In this document: positions 49,435 to 62,276 of the stretch, piece after piece
Layout: the number at the start of each line of letters is the position of its first letter
How positions within the stretch are numbered: the first letter of the stretch is position 1
Origin: Fistulifera solaris
Lineage: Eukaryota
Reading direction: 5' to 3'
Length of the DNA: 64,000 bases
NCBI GenBank assembly: GCA_030295235.1
Contig: AP026130.1
Coordinates: 930,001 to 994,000 of the forward strand
Translations under genes and position numbers: made by a program
Notes under the pieces: generated by a model
Seen by the model: the letters and a program-made list of their open reading frames with translations, nothing else
The model's database searches: none
What the model was told of the DNA's origin: nothing

Positions 49435-51769
49435 ATGTCTTTCAGATATAAAAACATTTTACGTGATCAGTACTCACAGTTTGCGAAGCTGTCGGCGGCG
49501 AGGTTTTACCCTTGCGGAACGACGATTACTACCTCCAAGCGACGACTTACAGCACCATCGCCACGCTTTTGGGTTCCCCCGGCTTATCAAGGCGGATTGC
49601 GGACAAGTAAGGCATATGAACAACGCACGGGCAGCAAGAAATCACGGGATATCAAAGGTCGAAATGAAAAAGGTCGACCTTCCAGTTTCAAGGTAAAGAA
49701 GAAACGTAATACCGAAGACGCGGCTGCGTTGTTGACAAACGATTTCGAAGAGAAGAAGGCGCGTTTTGCGGAGACATGCAGCAATCTTTTACTTTTCTCG
49801 CGTCGGTACAAAGAACATCTTGCTAATGGATCCGTGTCTGCGATTGACAAAAACATCGATATGCCGTCCACATCGATTACGTTTCTTACCAAACAACTGA
49901 AGGATGCTTTCCATGATATCCATAGCACTGAGACTACGCTCACGTGGAATCATATCATTAGCACCGAATTGATTTTTCGAGAAATTGCAGCTGCTCTTCA
50001 AGAAGCGATCGTTTTGCCTACGCTCTTAGCGAAAGAAGAAAGGTCTCTGATGAAACGCAAGGAATATGCCGATCTAGCAGAATTTGCCTTGTCTTCGTTG
50101 CTTTCCCTTCGATCAGAACGTGCGTTGCTGGTGAAGTCTGTGTATCATTGGAGCTCTAAGGTCACCCCACCCTATCATCGCAAACAAACAAAGTCTTCGT
50201 CCATTAAAGCTTGGGTAGCCACCCTGTTTGAGACGGCAGCCCGAGATATTCCCGAAGCGGGGCCGTATACGCAAGCACTTCAGATGTCTGGCTCCTTTGC
50301 TCACGAAGATCATTCCCTAGGAGTATCGCAATCCATGTTTCTCGCAGTTATGGAAACCATTGTTTCGACTATTCCGAGCTTCAGACTTGATAGTATGACA
50401 TTGGATCCGCACGTAGAGCCCGAGAATGTTCATCAAACTTTAGATCGCCTTGTGAATTTGTTGGACAAGCTTCCTTCTCCAGATTCGGAGCACGGTGAAT
50501 TGTTTGCGTTTGTGATGTCGATCTTTGCCAGCGTGGGAACATTGGAGAGTGCCCGAAACAGTTTTGACTATTATCGACGGTATAGCCACATAGTACCATT
50601 TTCTTTGGTCTTGAATGTATATTGCGAAGCCGCGCGACGAGAAGAAGATCACGAGCTTTCTAATGTAATTGCGGATGAATGTTTCAATCTTGTTCAGCAA
50701 GAATGGGACGAAAGCTTACCGGAAGAGCCACTGGATGGGGTGAATCATCTTTGCTTGGCGCTGGAAAGTGTATTCTTGGCGAGAGGGGTAACAGAAATTG
50801 ACATGTGTGACCGTGTTGAAACACTAGTGAGGCGCGTCTTAGCAAGTGGAGAGTATGACAACATTTTGAGCAATGCAAAGACACAGAATGTGGTGTTGCC
50901 GCCGGAAGGCCCTACCATCCACCTTCTAGATTGTCTAATCAAAGTGTTGGGAAATTGCCAGGAAGAGCAACGCATCAGACGCGCGCAAAAATTGCTGGAT
51001 TACTTGCTGTATTATACTGGGTGGGGAGGAGCGACGCCATCGTTTCCGAGCACTGATGCATGCAATCAACTACTCGATGGTTTGTGTTGGCTACATCGAG
51101 GCAAACCACAAGCCGTTCACCAGGAAATAAAAAAGAATGACCTGGAGTACTCTTCTTCGCTTCTAAAATTTATGCAGACAACAGGTAAAAGGTGTTGCTG
51201 GCCGACCGACTCCACTTTCCAGTCCATTTTTAGATTGTTGTCAAGTGTGGCCCCCGATGACCTCGGCGAACAAGCCGAGTACCTGCTATCGAACATGGAA
51301 ATGAGGAATCCCATTTCTTCTGATCCCATTCACATATCCCTAGCAATGTACCATAGAGTCATCGGTTGCTGGGTGGAGGTGGCGAACAAAAAGAGAACAA
51401 CTGGTAATGCTTTTGAAAGGTGCATGTTTCTTCTTGAACAGATGGAGATCCAGTCGATGCCCCTACTTTTGACGGAAAAGAAATACGTACCGCAAGCGTC
51501 AAAGGTCTTTACCATACTGAGCTTCAGCCGACCGTACGAACGTACAAGCTTATTCTTGGCATTTTTCAAACAGAAGCAAATAATGTTGGTGGTGAAATAA
51601 GTGAGAACACGGAGCAGCTCTTTTTGCTCTTGTCGATAGCATCAATTTGCGCGGTATACTAGCGAGCGAACCTTCGTTAAGGAAGCGCGTCAGGAATTGC
51701 GTACAACTTATAGCACGCGAATCAGAGGAGAAGCACCGCGTTCAGGCATTACTTGAAGATTTGAAGTAA
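49435..51769 (+). CDS. Helical-repeat (PPR-like) protein, probable mitochondrial presequence
   Basis: 721-aa ORF with Arg/Ser-rich N-terminus; PPR-like motifs (PSTDACNQLL, PTDSTFQSIF, and PTVRTYKLIL after a frameshift near 51480). The 3' end is uncertain. Confidence 0.55.
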
Positions 51770-51817
51770 AAATCATAATTATCACTTACAGAGTCGACTA
51801 AAATTTAAGAATCTGTT

Positions 51818-52898
51818 TTATGAAAGTGTTCTTTGGCACGCATCTGGAATTTCATCGAATGGACAAGAACCGTACTTGTCGCCGTTTCTTTTCACTACAC
51901 TTCGAACCTCGTGCTCTAAACTGAGAATAGGCCCTGCTTCTGGCTGGTAAGGGTCGACGATATCAAGAATGCGAAACATGCAATCATCTATCGCCTGATC
52001 GAGTGTATATGCCTGGCGTCTGAAGCGTGGGTTAACGTACACCAGCTTCAGTGCATCGGCTTTTCTATAGCATTCGCTGAACTCGGCCAGATAAAGCGAA
52101 ATGTGTGGACCGTAGTTCGAAGGAAAGGTCGGATAGCCCGATGCCGGTTCTGTTTGTTCGTCACGTAAATCAACATGTAAAACAGCAGTCTCCGCCCGGT
52201 TAGGCGCAAAAGTAAGTGTTTGGTAAGGCCCGACGGAAACCACCACCGATTGTGAAGAACAATGGAGAATCGGAGCCCCCATGATCTCTTCATAAAAGCG
52301 CGCAATTCCCTGCATGTTGCAACCCGGAGGCGTATGAATTGTCAAGTCGCGTAGAGCCAAGCCGTCTTTTTCCTTTGATCCTAGCTGCAATCCCCGTGAA
52401 TCCCTTTCCGCGTTGTCACCTTGCACAATTCGAAAAACATTGCCCCATGGATCGTTCACCGTAAGGCATTCGTCGTCCTCAGCTCGCACTGCAAACTTGG
52501 TCTCCAGAAGCGAATGCTTGATTTTCTCATAACGTTGAACAACCGCGGATAAATTGGGATATGATAATGTAATGACGCCGTTCAAAACTTGTGCATCGGG
52601 TTTTCCTTCCGGCAAGTGAAACTGATTTGCACCAATGTTGGCCCATAGTGTTTTTCGACCTTGTATTATATTTTCTTGTTTCCTCGGATCAACGGCACAA
52701 TTCAAAAAAATCAAAGTAAAATGCTTTCAACCAGTCGTGTCGACCTTTCTCGTGATTAATATTGAGATGGTCTAGAATGAGAATGTTGCCCACGGGCTGC
52801 TGTGTTCTGGGTAGATATTTGGATGATTGACTCGCAGCGAAAGCGTCCGTGTTCGATACCTTAGCCGCTAAGAAGACCAGCAACACTAGAGAGACCAT
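51818..52898 (-). CDS. Glyoxalase/VOC-superfamily protein, plastid-targeted
   Basis: Signal ending TDA-FAA; LDHLNIN, LWANIGANQFHLP, DPWGNVF, IARFYEEIMG, HISLY, LEHEVRS; one frameshift in a homopolymer near 52705-52711. Confidence 0.75.
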
Positions 52899-53778
52899 TC
52901 TTTGTTCTATTTAAGCGAGGTGCCGATACTTTGTTGTTATTTTTCAACTATCTTTTTACAATATAATCTGTTGCGATCTGCTTACCTGGTTATTTTCATT
53001 ATTGTCGCAATTTTTTTTATAACAATACAGCCGGGACTGCAATTTCTTTGAGTCAAGGACGGTCGCCTACTGTTTGCATTATTGTACGCAATCATCTTTG
53101 AGACAAGATCTCCCTGTCCAAATCAAGCAAGCCTTTCTAGACGAAAGAAAAATACCTCTTTAGCCAACAAATTACCTGCAAGGCGGCCCGAGCTCTTTTT
53201 GTTCTCTGTTTTGGTTGCTAGCCGAGATTCTCACTCATGACTAAAATCCAGTCCTGGTGAAATCGGACAACACATTGGATCTTAGTAAATGCTAATTGAA
53301 TAACTTTCTGCGTCTACAATCGAAAGTTAGATCGAAGAGGCAACAAACGTCAACGCTTTGCATTTCTAGATAAGGAAGCATATCTCTTTCAGGAGAAAAA
53401 GGTTGATCATGACGTTTGTCGAAACACAAAACGGGTAACTTTACCAAGCTCATGACTGAAAAAGGTAGTCACGGAAAAGTTCTCCTACACTCTATATTAT
53501 AGTAACACATGTCCGTCTGTCCTCCGAGCGTCGCCGTTTGAATTTTGACGATGCAATTATTTTCGCGCCAAAAACCTTTCTCCGCTTTTTTTTTCTCGTG
53601 TTCGCCGATGTGTTGTTGATTGTTGATCCCTTCTTCTTGTCTCTACCAGTATTAGTGTATTTTATTTCAGGGTTGGACCTTGTCGGCTCATCATGGGATT
53701 GCATTGTTTCAGCAGGAAGAGAAACGTAGTTGCTGCGCGTGAACGATTGTAAGATAAGACCGCAACGGAAAAAGTGGA

Positions 53779-56700
53779 ATGAAAGCGGTCTGGAGTTGCA
53801 TTGGTTCTGGCTTTTGGTTCTGGCTCGCAATGATACGAGGCGTCGGCAGTTTTCGAGGCCATTGTACTGCGCTCGCCAGGCCTTTACAAGATTATGCAAG
53901 AGTTACTTCTATACTTGCTCACGCTTCTTCGACATGTAGTTCGAACGACGATGAAGATGAATTGCTGACCATTCAGCAACGCATTGCTCACTTAAACGGA
54001 GGAACTAAAGTTAATTTGAAAAGCCCCAGGCAAGTTTCTCATGCCATTTTCGGCGATAAACGGAGTACCGAAAAGAAAGTGCTGGAACTTGCTGCGAAAG
54101 GGATGATCGCCGGATTGGATACATCGCGGCAGGAACTGGCTCGGCTCGTATTGCGGCATCGGGAGTTGATCAGCACTACTGCTTCGATTGCCAAAGTCGA
54201 CAATTTTCAACGACGGAGCATGTCGACTGCTGCTCAGAATAATGTTTCCGATAGTGATGCTTTTGAAAGCGGGCCGGATACGATCGCTGAAAATTTACCG
54301 TTAGTACCAATTGAACATAAATCTGCCGATCCCCTCGAGCAACAATCTCCGTTCGAATTGGCTGTGCACAACTTGTTTAATAACAAGAAATCAAAAGTAT
54401 CGCATCACTGGCGAGAACCACTCTTACAACTCAGGCGACCTTCTTCTCAGGCGCTCGTGTTGCAGTTGGATTCGGGACAGTGTCCAATGGGGTTTGATCC
54501 TTTAGCACAACCGTTCGATCCTCTGCGGGGGACTACGGATACTTTGGAAGAAGAAGCGACGAGGACTACGACGGCTGGTAAAAGGGCTCGTTCCTGGGGT
54601 TCTGTCGAGAACAGAAAGAGAAATACCCAGATTGCGTGCTGTTAACACGATGTGGTGATTTTTATGAAGCGTTTGGAATTGATGCCATTATGCTCGTCGA
54701 ACATTGCGGATTGAATTCAATGGCTGGCAAAGCAAGAGCTGGATGTCCAATACGAAATGTTCAAGCAACAATAGACGGTCTTACGAGCCAAGGATTCCGT
54801 GTTGCTGTGTATGAGGAAGGGACTGACACGGACGCATCATCTGGTGCTGGAGCCTCAGCGGGTGCAAAGTCGCGGATCAAGCATCGCTTTCTCTCTCAAA
54901 TTGTATCGCCTGCTTCGCCGACGTATCTTTATGACTTGGTGCTGTCTGGAACAGCTGACACCTTGGCTATGGCAGCTCCCTCTCGCCCGTACGTCGGTGT
55001 ACTTTCGCTGGCGTCGGGATACACTCTGGTCGAAGTCTCTACCGAGGAAAGGAGCGTAAGAGTATCAGAACGGCTGACGGCTGAAGCTGTGGCTTGTAGG
55101 ATTGCGGCATACCCTCCGACAGATCCGTTGATGTATATGCCTACTCCCGCTGAATATGCTGCAAAGCGATCAGGATACTCGCTTCCATTTCTACCAACCC
55201 GGCGACATGGCGAATTCGACTCAGGCTCGCGGCTGCGCATGCAAATCATTCCACCATTGCTATATCCTGAAGCTCGGCCTGGCGTTACCGACGTTGAGCG
55301 TGCCAAGGATATCGTTTTAACAACCCTTCTCCGTGCGACTGGAAGCCGAGATGACAGTGACAACCAGCAAGATAATCTTGCAATATCTGATTACACCCTT
55401 TTCGAGTCGTCGGATACTCGTGAATTGGAAGTTACGTACACGAATCCGTTGTACGTAGAAACTGCAACTCAGTTGGGATTGATGAATGACCCTACGATGC
55501 CATCCCTGATTGCCTCTCTTTTGCCGCACTCGGCTCCTGCTTCAACGCGCCGTTTTCTTCGTCGTCTACTACTGAACCCTCCGCCTCCGACGGTTTCTGA
55601 CTCATTGCGGAATTTGGTTCGTTTCTTAAAACAAGATTTTCGTAACTCTCTCCCTCCACTTGCAGTGTAAGCAAACTCTTTGTTTTGATGATAAGTCCTA
55701 TACATTGTCTTACATGTGTGTGTCTTGCGCTTTTCAGGCCTCCATTAGGAAAGATGTTGTCGCTTTTGAGGGCTGGACAAGCGAGTGCGCAAGTTTTGCT
55801 GAACTGCTAAATGTTTTGCATGGAACAGTTACTGCGCTTGACACCTTTGAACGAGAGCCCCAGGCCTTAGATTCGCTTCTTATGCTGATTCAGTATGAAA
55901 GTGGTTTAGCAGCTGATGCGTCGTCGTTACGTAAACGCTGCGCCGATGCTATTGAATCCATAGAGAATGTATTAAGCCCGCTTCATCATGCGAGGTCATC
56001 CTCGTCCGCTATGACGGAAAAAGCTGATATGTTCAGCGAGTCCTGGGATGTAATTCCTCAATCTTTCTTCGAAAGAAATGAAGCTTCTTGGCGAGGTCGA
56101 GTGCACGAAGAGGCCGTTTCAGACGCGTATCACGCTGTCGGTGAATGCGCGAAAAAGCTGGCCGAAGTGGTTGCCGAAGATTTCTGGGGTTCAAGTATTC
56201 AAAACCTTAGTAAATCGGAGAAAATTCGCAATCCTGTTGTGCAAGATATCTTCAACAATCTCATCGCTCTTAAGGAAATTCCGAAATTTTGTTCTGGCAG
56301 CGACAAAAGCAGGTATTTTCATCCAAGAGATCGAAACGGAAAACTATTGAAGACTCGCTATACTACTGAGGCTGTGCAATTGGCCCTGGCTGACTATATC
56401 GCTGCTTGTGACGAGGCCTGTAGCGAGGTTGCATCTGTTCTCGTGCAACTGAGTAGAACTCTCCATGATGGAGGTCATCTTCCTGCAATTGTTCAAGCAT
56501 CCCACGCCAATCTCGTTCTTTCGTGTGCATACTTTCACGCATGTCAGGCCAACAGGTTGGGGTGGAACGTTGCCGAAACATTTGAACCCACTCGCGAGAA
56601 AAACTCCGCTCTTTCGTTGAAGGGTGTGTGGCCATACTGGATAAACAAATCAAATGCAGTTGCCAACTCTTTCGATTTATCAGGTATCTACTTATTAACT

Positions 56701-57699
56701 GCACCAAACATGAGCGGTAAAAGTACGCTGATGCGATCGACCGCTGCCGTTGCGCTCCTAACAGCCTGTGGTCTTTGTGCGCCGGTCGAATGTGGATCGG
56801 AGATACGGCGGTTCGACAACATTTTTGTGCGTGGAGCATCTTCTGATATTCCTACTGAACAAAAATCTGCGTTTGGAGCTGAAATGGGCGACATCGCAGC
56901 CATGCTTCGTTGTTGTGGCCCTAAGTCCCTCGTTTTTGTCGACGAGCTTGGGCGGGGGACATCTCCCCGAGAGGGAACTCAACTTGCTGGAGCTATAGTT
57001 GAATCGATGGCAAACGCAGGTATAAGTGGAATATTTGCAACACATTTGCATGATATCCTCCAGTTGCCTTTAAGTTGTTGGAATATTGTGGCCCTCAAAC
57101 GTATGGCCGTCGATGAAAGACAATCATCCTCTGCTAGATGGAAATTTAAATTGGAAGATGGCGTCTGCACAAATTCAATGGCACTTGAGACTGCTGCACA
57201 CTTCGGTTTGCCATCATCCATCATTCAGCGGGCTCAAGAGCTCTCTAACTTCGACCTTCGTTCTGATAATACCGGGTCGACTGAAGTTTACAATATCGAT
57301 CAAAAATCTGTTTCAACGCTACAGGATATTGTGCCCGTTGCAGAGAGTATAACTCAGCAATCGAGCATTATAATTCCTCCGGAATATCATCCGCCTGCGT
57401 TTTTGGATGGGAGGTCTATTGTTTATATATTGGAGCTCGATTCGACCCCTCGAAAGTATTACGTCGGCGAAACAGATGATGTTAGATCAAGATTATTGCA
57501 GCATCGCAGAAAAGGGGGAATGTGGTCTAATATGACCACTATCGTCGTGCCAGCTCCAGGGGGCAAATCTCAGGCACGTGCCTGGGAGAGTAGTCTCATC
57601 CAGTCATTGGCGAGCAAAGGATTGTTTCTAGAGAGTGTTAGCGACGGAAGGTCCATCAGATCTAGTATCACTTATGGAAGCTACTTAGAACCAAGTTAA
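53779..57699 (+). CDS. MSH1: MSH1 (organellar MutS homolog with C-terminal GIY-YIG endonuclease)
   Basis: Domain I LLTRCGDFYEAFGIDAIMLVEHCGLN..RAGCP; ATPase TAPNMSGKST, VDELGRGTS, FATHLH; GIY-YIG VYILEL...YYVGETDDVRSRLLQHR. Intron 55667-55737; frameshifts near 54580 and 55795. Confidence 0.93.
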
Positions 57700-57736
57700 A
57701 TTATTCGTCTCAAGTGCACCTCCTAAAAAAACTGGA

Positions 57737-59968
57737 CTATTTTTGTGCCTGAAGACGCCGGCGCTGATGACTGAGCAGTTGCTTGAGCATGCCACGCATA
57801 TCCTTGCGGTACGTGTCTCTGGAACCAGCAGGAACACTCATGCGGTAACGCAACTCATCAGAAGTCAGACACTCCCCAAGCTCCAAGAGCGCACCAAGAA
57901 CCGTCGATATGTGATTTGGGGCTACCTTGTCCGACCGCATGGTCAAATAATACCACTCTCCAGTCTCAGGGTCAAAGCCCACCTCGGCAATACGATCACC
58001 CGACTCGAACCGGTCGGCTTCAAGACGCATACGTTCACTCAACGGCAATAGAATATGCCTTGTCATATCGACCCTTGTCTGCTCTTCTCCTAAACAGCCC
58101 ACGCGCAACGTATCGTCATCGTCATTGTGTAGCAGTGGAAGCAACTCAACATCAATGGTCACAGTGTCCAGATATTTCCATTTCAAAGATGAACATCCGT
58201 TCCGCATACGTACGGCCGGTTGGGCTGGAAGATTATACCATCTGTCAGATGAAAATGTAAATCGCCTTTATGGTAGCAACGCATACCCCGTTCCTCGACC
58301 ACATTAGATAGTAATTCATCCACTTCCGTTCGCTTGACAAAATTTTTTCGCACAAGAGGTAGTGGGATAGCAGGATCCGCAACGTACCTGGGATCGAACA
58401 TATCCCGATTCGCCGTTGGTGTTCGAAATGATGCCTTTCGTAAGTGATCAAGTCGGCGATCAAACGGCAGTTGCAAGACAGGTTCTGTTGTGGATATCGA
58501 CATGACGTCAAACACAATAAAAATGGGCCGCGGTTTACGACCTCGCCGATTCATCACGACCTCTCCATCAAACACAGTTCCGGGCTTGATAAGGTCAATG
58601 ATGTGACCGAAAGGATCTTGGTCAGCTTTCGTGGGTATCGGTTGTTTTGCTTTCATGGCCCGATCAACAAGCACCGCAGTTTTCCCCGTAAACACTAGAA
58701 AGTGACGAACCCCGTCAGTCTTTTCACTTATATAGTAGGCATCATTGGCACCTCTTTGTATTTCATCAATGTTGTGGCGAGAAAAGTTCACCGGCATACA
58801 TCCAGGAAACTTGATATTCGAAAGAGCAGCCGATGGCGTATCGTTGGGACGCTCAATGGGTGATTCAAACCTACTGGTGCCACGAGCATCCATGAACTTT
58901 TTGAGCGCCCCACATTGTGCCAACGCCAACTGTACCGCGTGTTTATCCGGGTGATCGCGCAACATTTCTTCCACATTCAATGCATCTACTAAGGGATTGA
59001 TCTGACTCATGATCCACCACAACTGCTGTGACAATTGATGAGTCATTTTCTTTGAATTTTCTTCGTTTTCTTCATTAATAAGCTGCAGCAAAACTTTCTC
59101 TTGCAATTCGACTTCAATTTCAAAATCTACTTCCGTCGTTGTTGGTGTCGAGCGAGAAGTTGTGGTCACTTCTGTGACATCAATCTGCCACGCAATGGAT
59201 CTATCACGACGAGTGTAAGACCGTCGTCGCTTGATTCGCATCACACTCCAACCCGGCGGTGGATCATTCGGGACCGCAGGATCTACAATGGTTTCGGAAG
59301 CCAACGCAATGCGCAAATCATAATTTGCAGCGGGTATCGTCAAGTCCATCGTGACGAGCTTCTCCTTCGATTCCATTATCCCAACTAATGGCTTGTGCGA
59401 CGACCCATGCAATCCAGGATAGCAAACACGCCGGTCATTTGGATACCCCGAATACACTGTTTCTACATATTCTTTTTCTTCCAAATCCTGTTTGAGATCC
59501 CCTCGTTCCGCTGTTACCCCCCAAAGCGTAGGCCAAGGGCGACAATTCACTCAGACCCGACGCCGTCCATTTCGAAAAGTGTGTACGACTGACTCCCGAA
59601 ACCATTTGACAGCGGGGATTTTGATGACTGCATTCAAAGGCCTTGACCAAATTCCCATTGACGTGCTTGGCTCCCGTCGATGTGAGCCCGCCGGGGCGGA
59701 ACGGAATGCGGCACTTTGAGGATACCGAGACGCGCTTCGACTTCGCAGAATGGCTTGGAAATGGGAATTGTCTGTGCGGGGTTGTATTTTCTCGCTGCAT
59801 TGCGAACTTGTGTCAAGAATATTTGCAGTGATTGTTCGGGATGTACAGGAGTCGAGAGATAAATGTTTTTGGGTGCATTGCCGTGCTGTGGTGCCGTCGA
59901 TGTTTCCTCGTCGAGTTTGGCCCTTTTGTTATGAAAGCGTTGATATCGAAATTGGGACGTTTACTCAT
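57737..59968 (-). CDS. Bifunctional mRNA capping enzyme: CYTH/TTM RNA triphosphatase fused to guanylyltransferase
   Basis: TTM motifs EVEARLG, DLRIALASE, RIKRRRSY, WQIDVTEV, FEIEVEL; GTase motifs SEKTDG, FDGE, FIVFDV, DGIIF, LKWK, and an OB fold MRSDKVAPN. Several 1-nt frameshifts. Confidence 0.88.
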
Positions 59969-60195
59969 GGTGCACTAGAAAGTTTTTTTGCAAACAATGC
60001 CATCTTTAGGCACAACTGATCAAACTCTTGGTTCTTTTTAGAGAAGACAACTGTCTTGCATGAAAAAAAAAATAATGAATGGAGGCAACAGCGAAAAAAT
60101 AATAAGGTCAGGTCTAACCTTGTAAGTCTACACTTCCAGATTTTCTGGGAGCTTGAAAACATTACAGTACTGTACACGCCCATCTTCTTCATGAT

Positions 60196-60490
60196 TGTCC
60201 AGAAAATGTGGGAGAGTGCTTTTTCACGTGTCCAGAAAATGTGGGAGAGTGCTTCTTCACTTCTCCAGAAAATGTGGGCATGTATTGTTTGCACGTACCC
60301 AGAAAATGTGGGGGTGTGTTATTTGCACGTACCCAGAAAATGTGGGGGTGTGTTGTTTGGACGTACCCAGAAAATGTGGGGGTGTGTTATTTGCACGTAC
60401 CAGGAAAATGTGGGCGTGTGTTATTTGCACGTACCCAGAAAATTGTGGGGGTGTGTTGTTTGGACGTACCCAGAAAATGTGGGGGAGTGT
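60196..60490. repeat. Tandem array, 33-34-bp unit, ~9 copies (further degenerate copies 60635-60725)
   Basis: CCAGAAAATGTGGG recurs at ~60199, 60232, 60265, 60299, 60333, 60367 ... Confidence 0.92.
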
Positions 60491-60836
60491 TATCGACAAA
60501 ATGCCAAATTGGAATCGGAATATTTGTGACAAAAGAGAAAAAACAGTGGAAAATTCAGTCGAATGAGAAAATTCATTCGTACTTTAGGAAATTAGGAATA
60601 AATATTTAGGATTGTGTTTTCTGGTAAAAAAAAGTGTTATTTGCACGTACCCAGATAATGTGGGAGTGTGTTGTTTTCAAGTACCCAGAAGATGTGGGCA
60701 CATTCTTCCATGTCCAGAAAATGCAGGCGGCTGCTCAGCAGCAAAACAAAAATTACGTCAACAATGCGTCCTAAACAATAACAACAAAATACACAAAATC
60801 ATTTCCTCCATTACAACAAGTAAACCACAAGAAGAA

Positions 60837-61502
60837 ATGGCGGAAGAATTCTATGTACAAAGTGGTGAAGCGGCGGATTTGTCGACAGTGAGAGCCACCA
60901 GTGGGGACAGCTTGACGATTGCGCTTCAACAACTCATGGACGAAGACGAAACGATCCTCTTTGGTCCTTCCGAGGTACAACTGATACGCAGCAGTGACGA
61001 AGAGGAAAATGCAAAAGAAGTTGTCGGTACGCTTTTGATTACAACAATGAGCATTTTGTTTTGGGCTACCGACAAGGCTTGCATCGACAACGATCTTGTT
61101 GTGCCTGCTGTATGCATTGACTTGCACGCCATGGCGGAAGATCCTGTGTCAGTTTATATACAAATCAGACCGTCCTCCATGTCATACGACGAGCCTTCTA
61201 TAGAACTTACGATTCTTTCGTCAGAAGAAGAGAAAAATGAAATGATCTTTGCGGCATTATGTAAACTCGTTTCTCTACACCCGGTCGATGATGGGGAGGA
61301 CGATGACGAGGGGTTCGGACAAGATGATGAGATGATAGTCAGGTCTTCCACGCCCCCACCAGCAACGGAACAAGACCGGGAATCAATGCTGGAATACTTG
61401 GATAGTGTCTTGGTGGTCCCTCCAGAATTGGAAATACAAGAGCAGCAAATTGCCTCGGGGCAGTTTGACGACGCTGATGATGACGATGACGCTATGTTAT
61501 AG
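60837..61502 (+). CDS. CLNS1A: pICln/methylosome subunit (Voldacs domain)
   Basis: GTLLITTMSILFW, IDLHAM, VYIQI, IFAALCKLVSLHP, acidic tract and C-terminal GQFDDAD; ATG 60837. Confidence 0.8.
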   Translation: MAEEFYVQSGEAADLSTVRATSGDSLTIALQQLMDEDETILFGPSEVQLIRSSDEEENAKEVVGTLLITTMSILFWATDKACIDNDLVVPAVCIDLHAMAEDPVSVYIQIRPSSMSYDEPSIELTILSSEEEKNEMIFAALCKLVSLHPVDDGEDDDEGFGQDDEMIVRSSTPPPATEQDRESMLEYLDSVLVVPPELEIQEQQIASGQFDDADDDDDAML

Positions 61503-62276
61503 TCTTCTGCAAGAAACAAGCGGGCCTTATTTCTAGAGTAGTTACTGTTTAAATTGACGACGAACCAATGTTAACAAGCAAGGCCAACTGATGCTGCTAA
61601 TGACGCCGACGACAGCCTCATGGTAATTTTCCAATGCAATAACGTTACAAAGAAAATTTGGTCCAACAAAGCCTCTTTTGACAACAGTTTGAGTATTAGA
61701 TGATGTAATTGGTGCCGAAACATAGAATGCAACAAGCAATAGTGTTCGGTCGACGATTCACGGGACTGGATTATGGTGAGTCGTAGAAAAAAGTAATCCA
61801 CACTTTATGACATACTATCGACGACGGTCTGACGATTTTTCGACAACAGAAAGTACAGTACCGAATCGGATATCGGATCACGCTAACTATTCATAGACTC
61901 TACGAAAACATGTATCCAATCCCCTTTTCTCGATAATATTAGTACTTTTAACCATTGGCATTTCAGCTAAATAATAATTTGATATTCTACAAATAGTACT
62001 TTATCTTGAGTGATGAGAACCGTTGCAGCAATCGCGGCATTCCAAGCGACTGAGGTGCAAGGTGCAAATGCGCTTGTGCATCGCCGTTTTTTCTTCAATC
62101 CTCATGCATCACTTGATGCTGTTCTTGTTGTGCAGTAAACACGCTTTGCTTACAGCTACAGATCATCCTTCTGAAATAACATCGCTAACAAGCTTCTCTT
62201 GTAAGCGCGCGCCTTTCCACTTTGATACCGGTGTCCCGAAATTCTCCAATTAGTTCGAATTACAGAGGTCACAACA

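Noticed and set aside
59965..60836. ORFs across the 34-bp array and the N-terminal extension of pICln
   Set aside because: Repeat-derived; pICln similarity starts only after ATG 60837.
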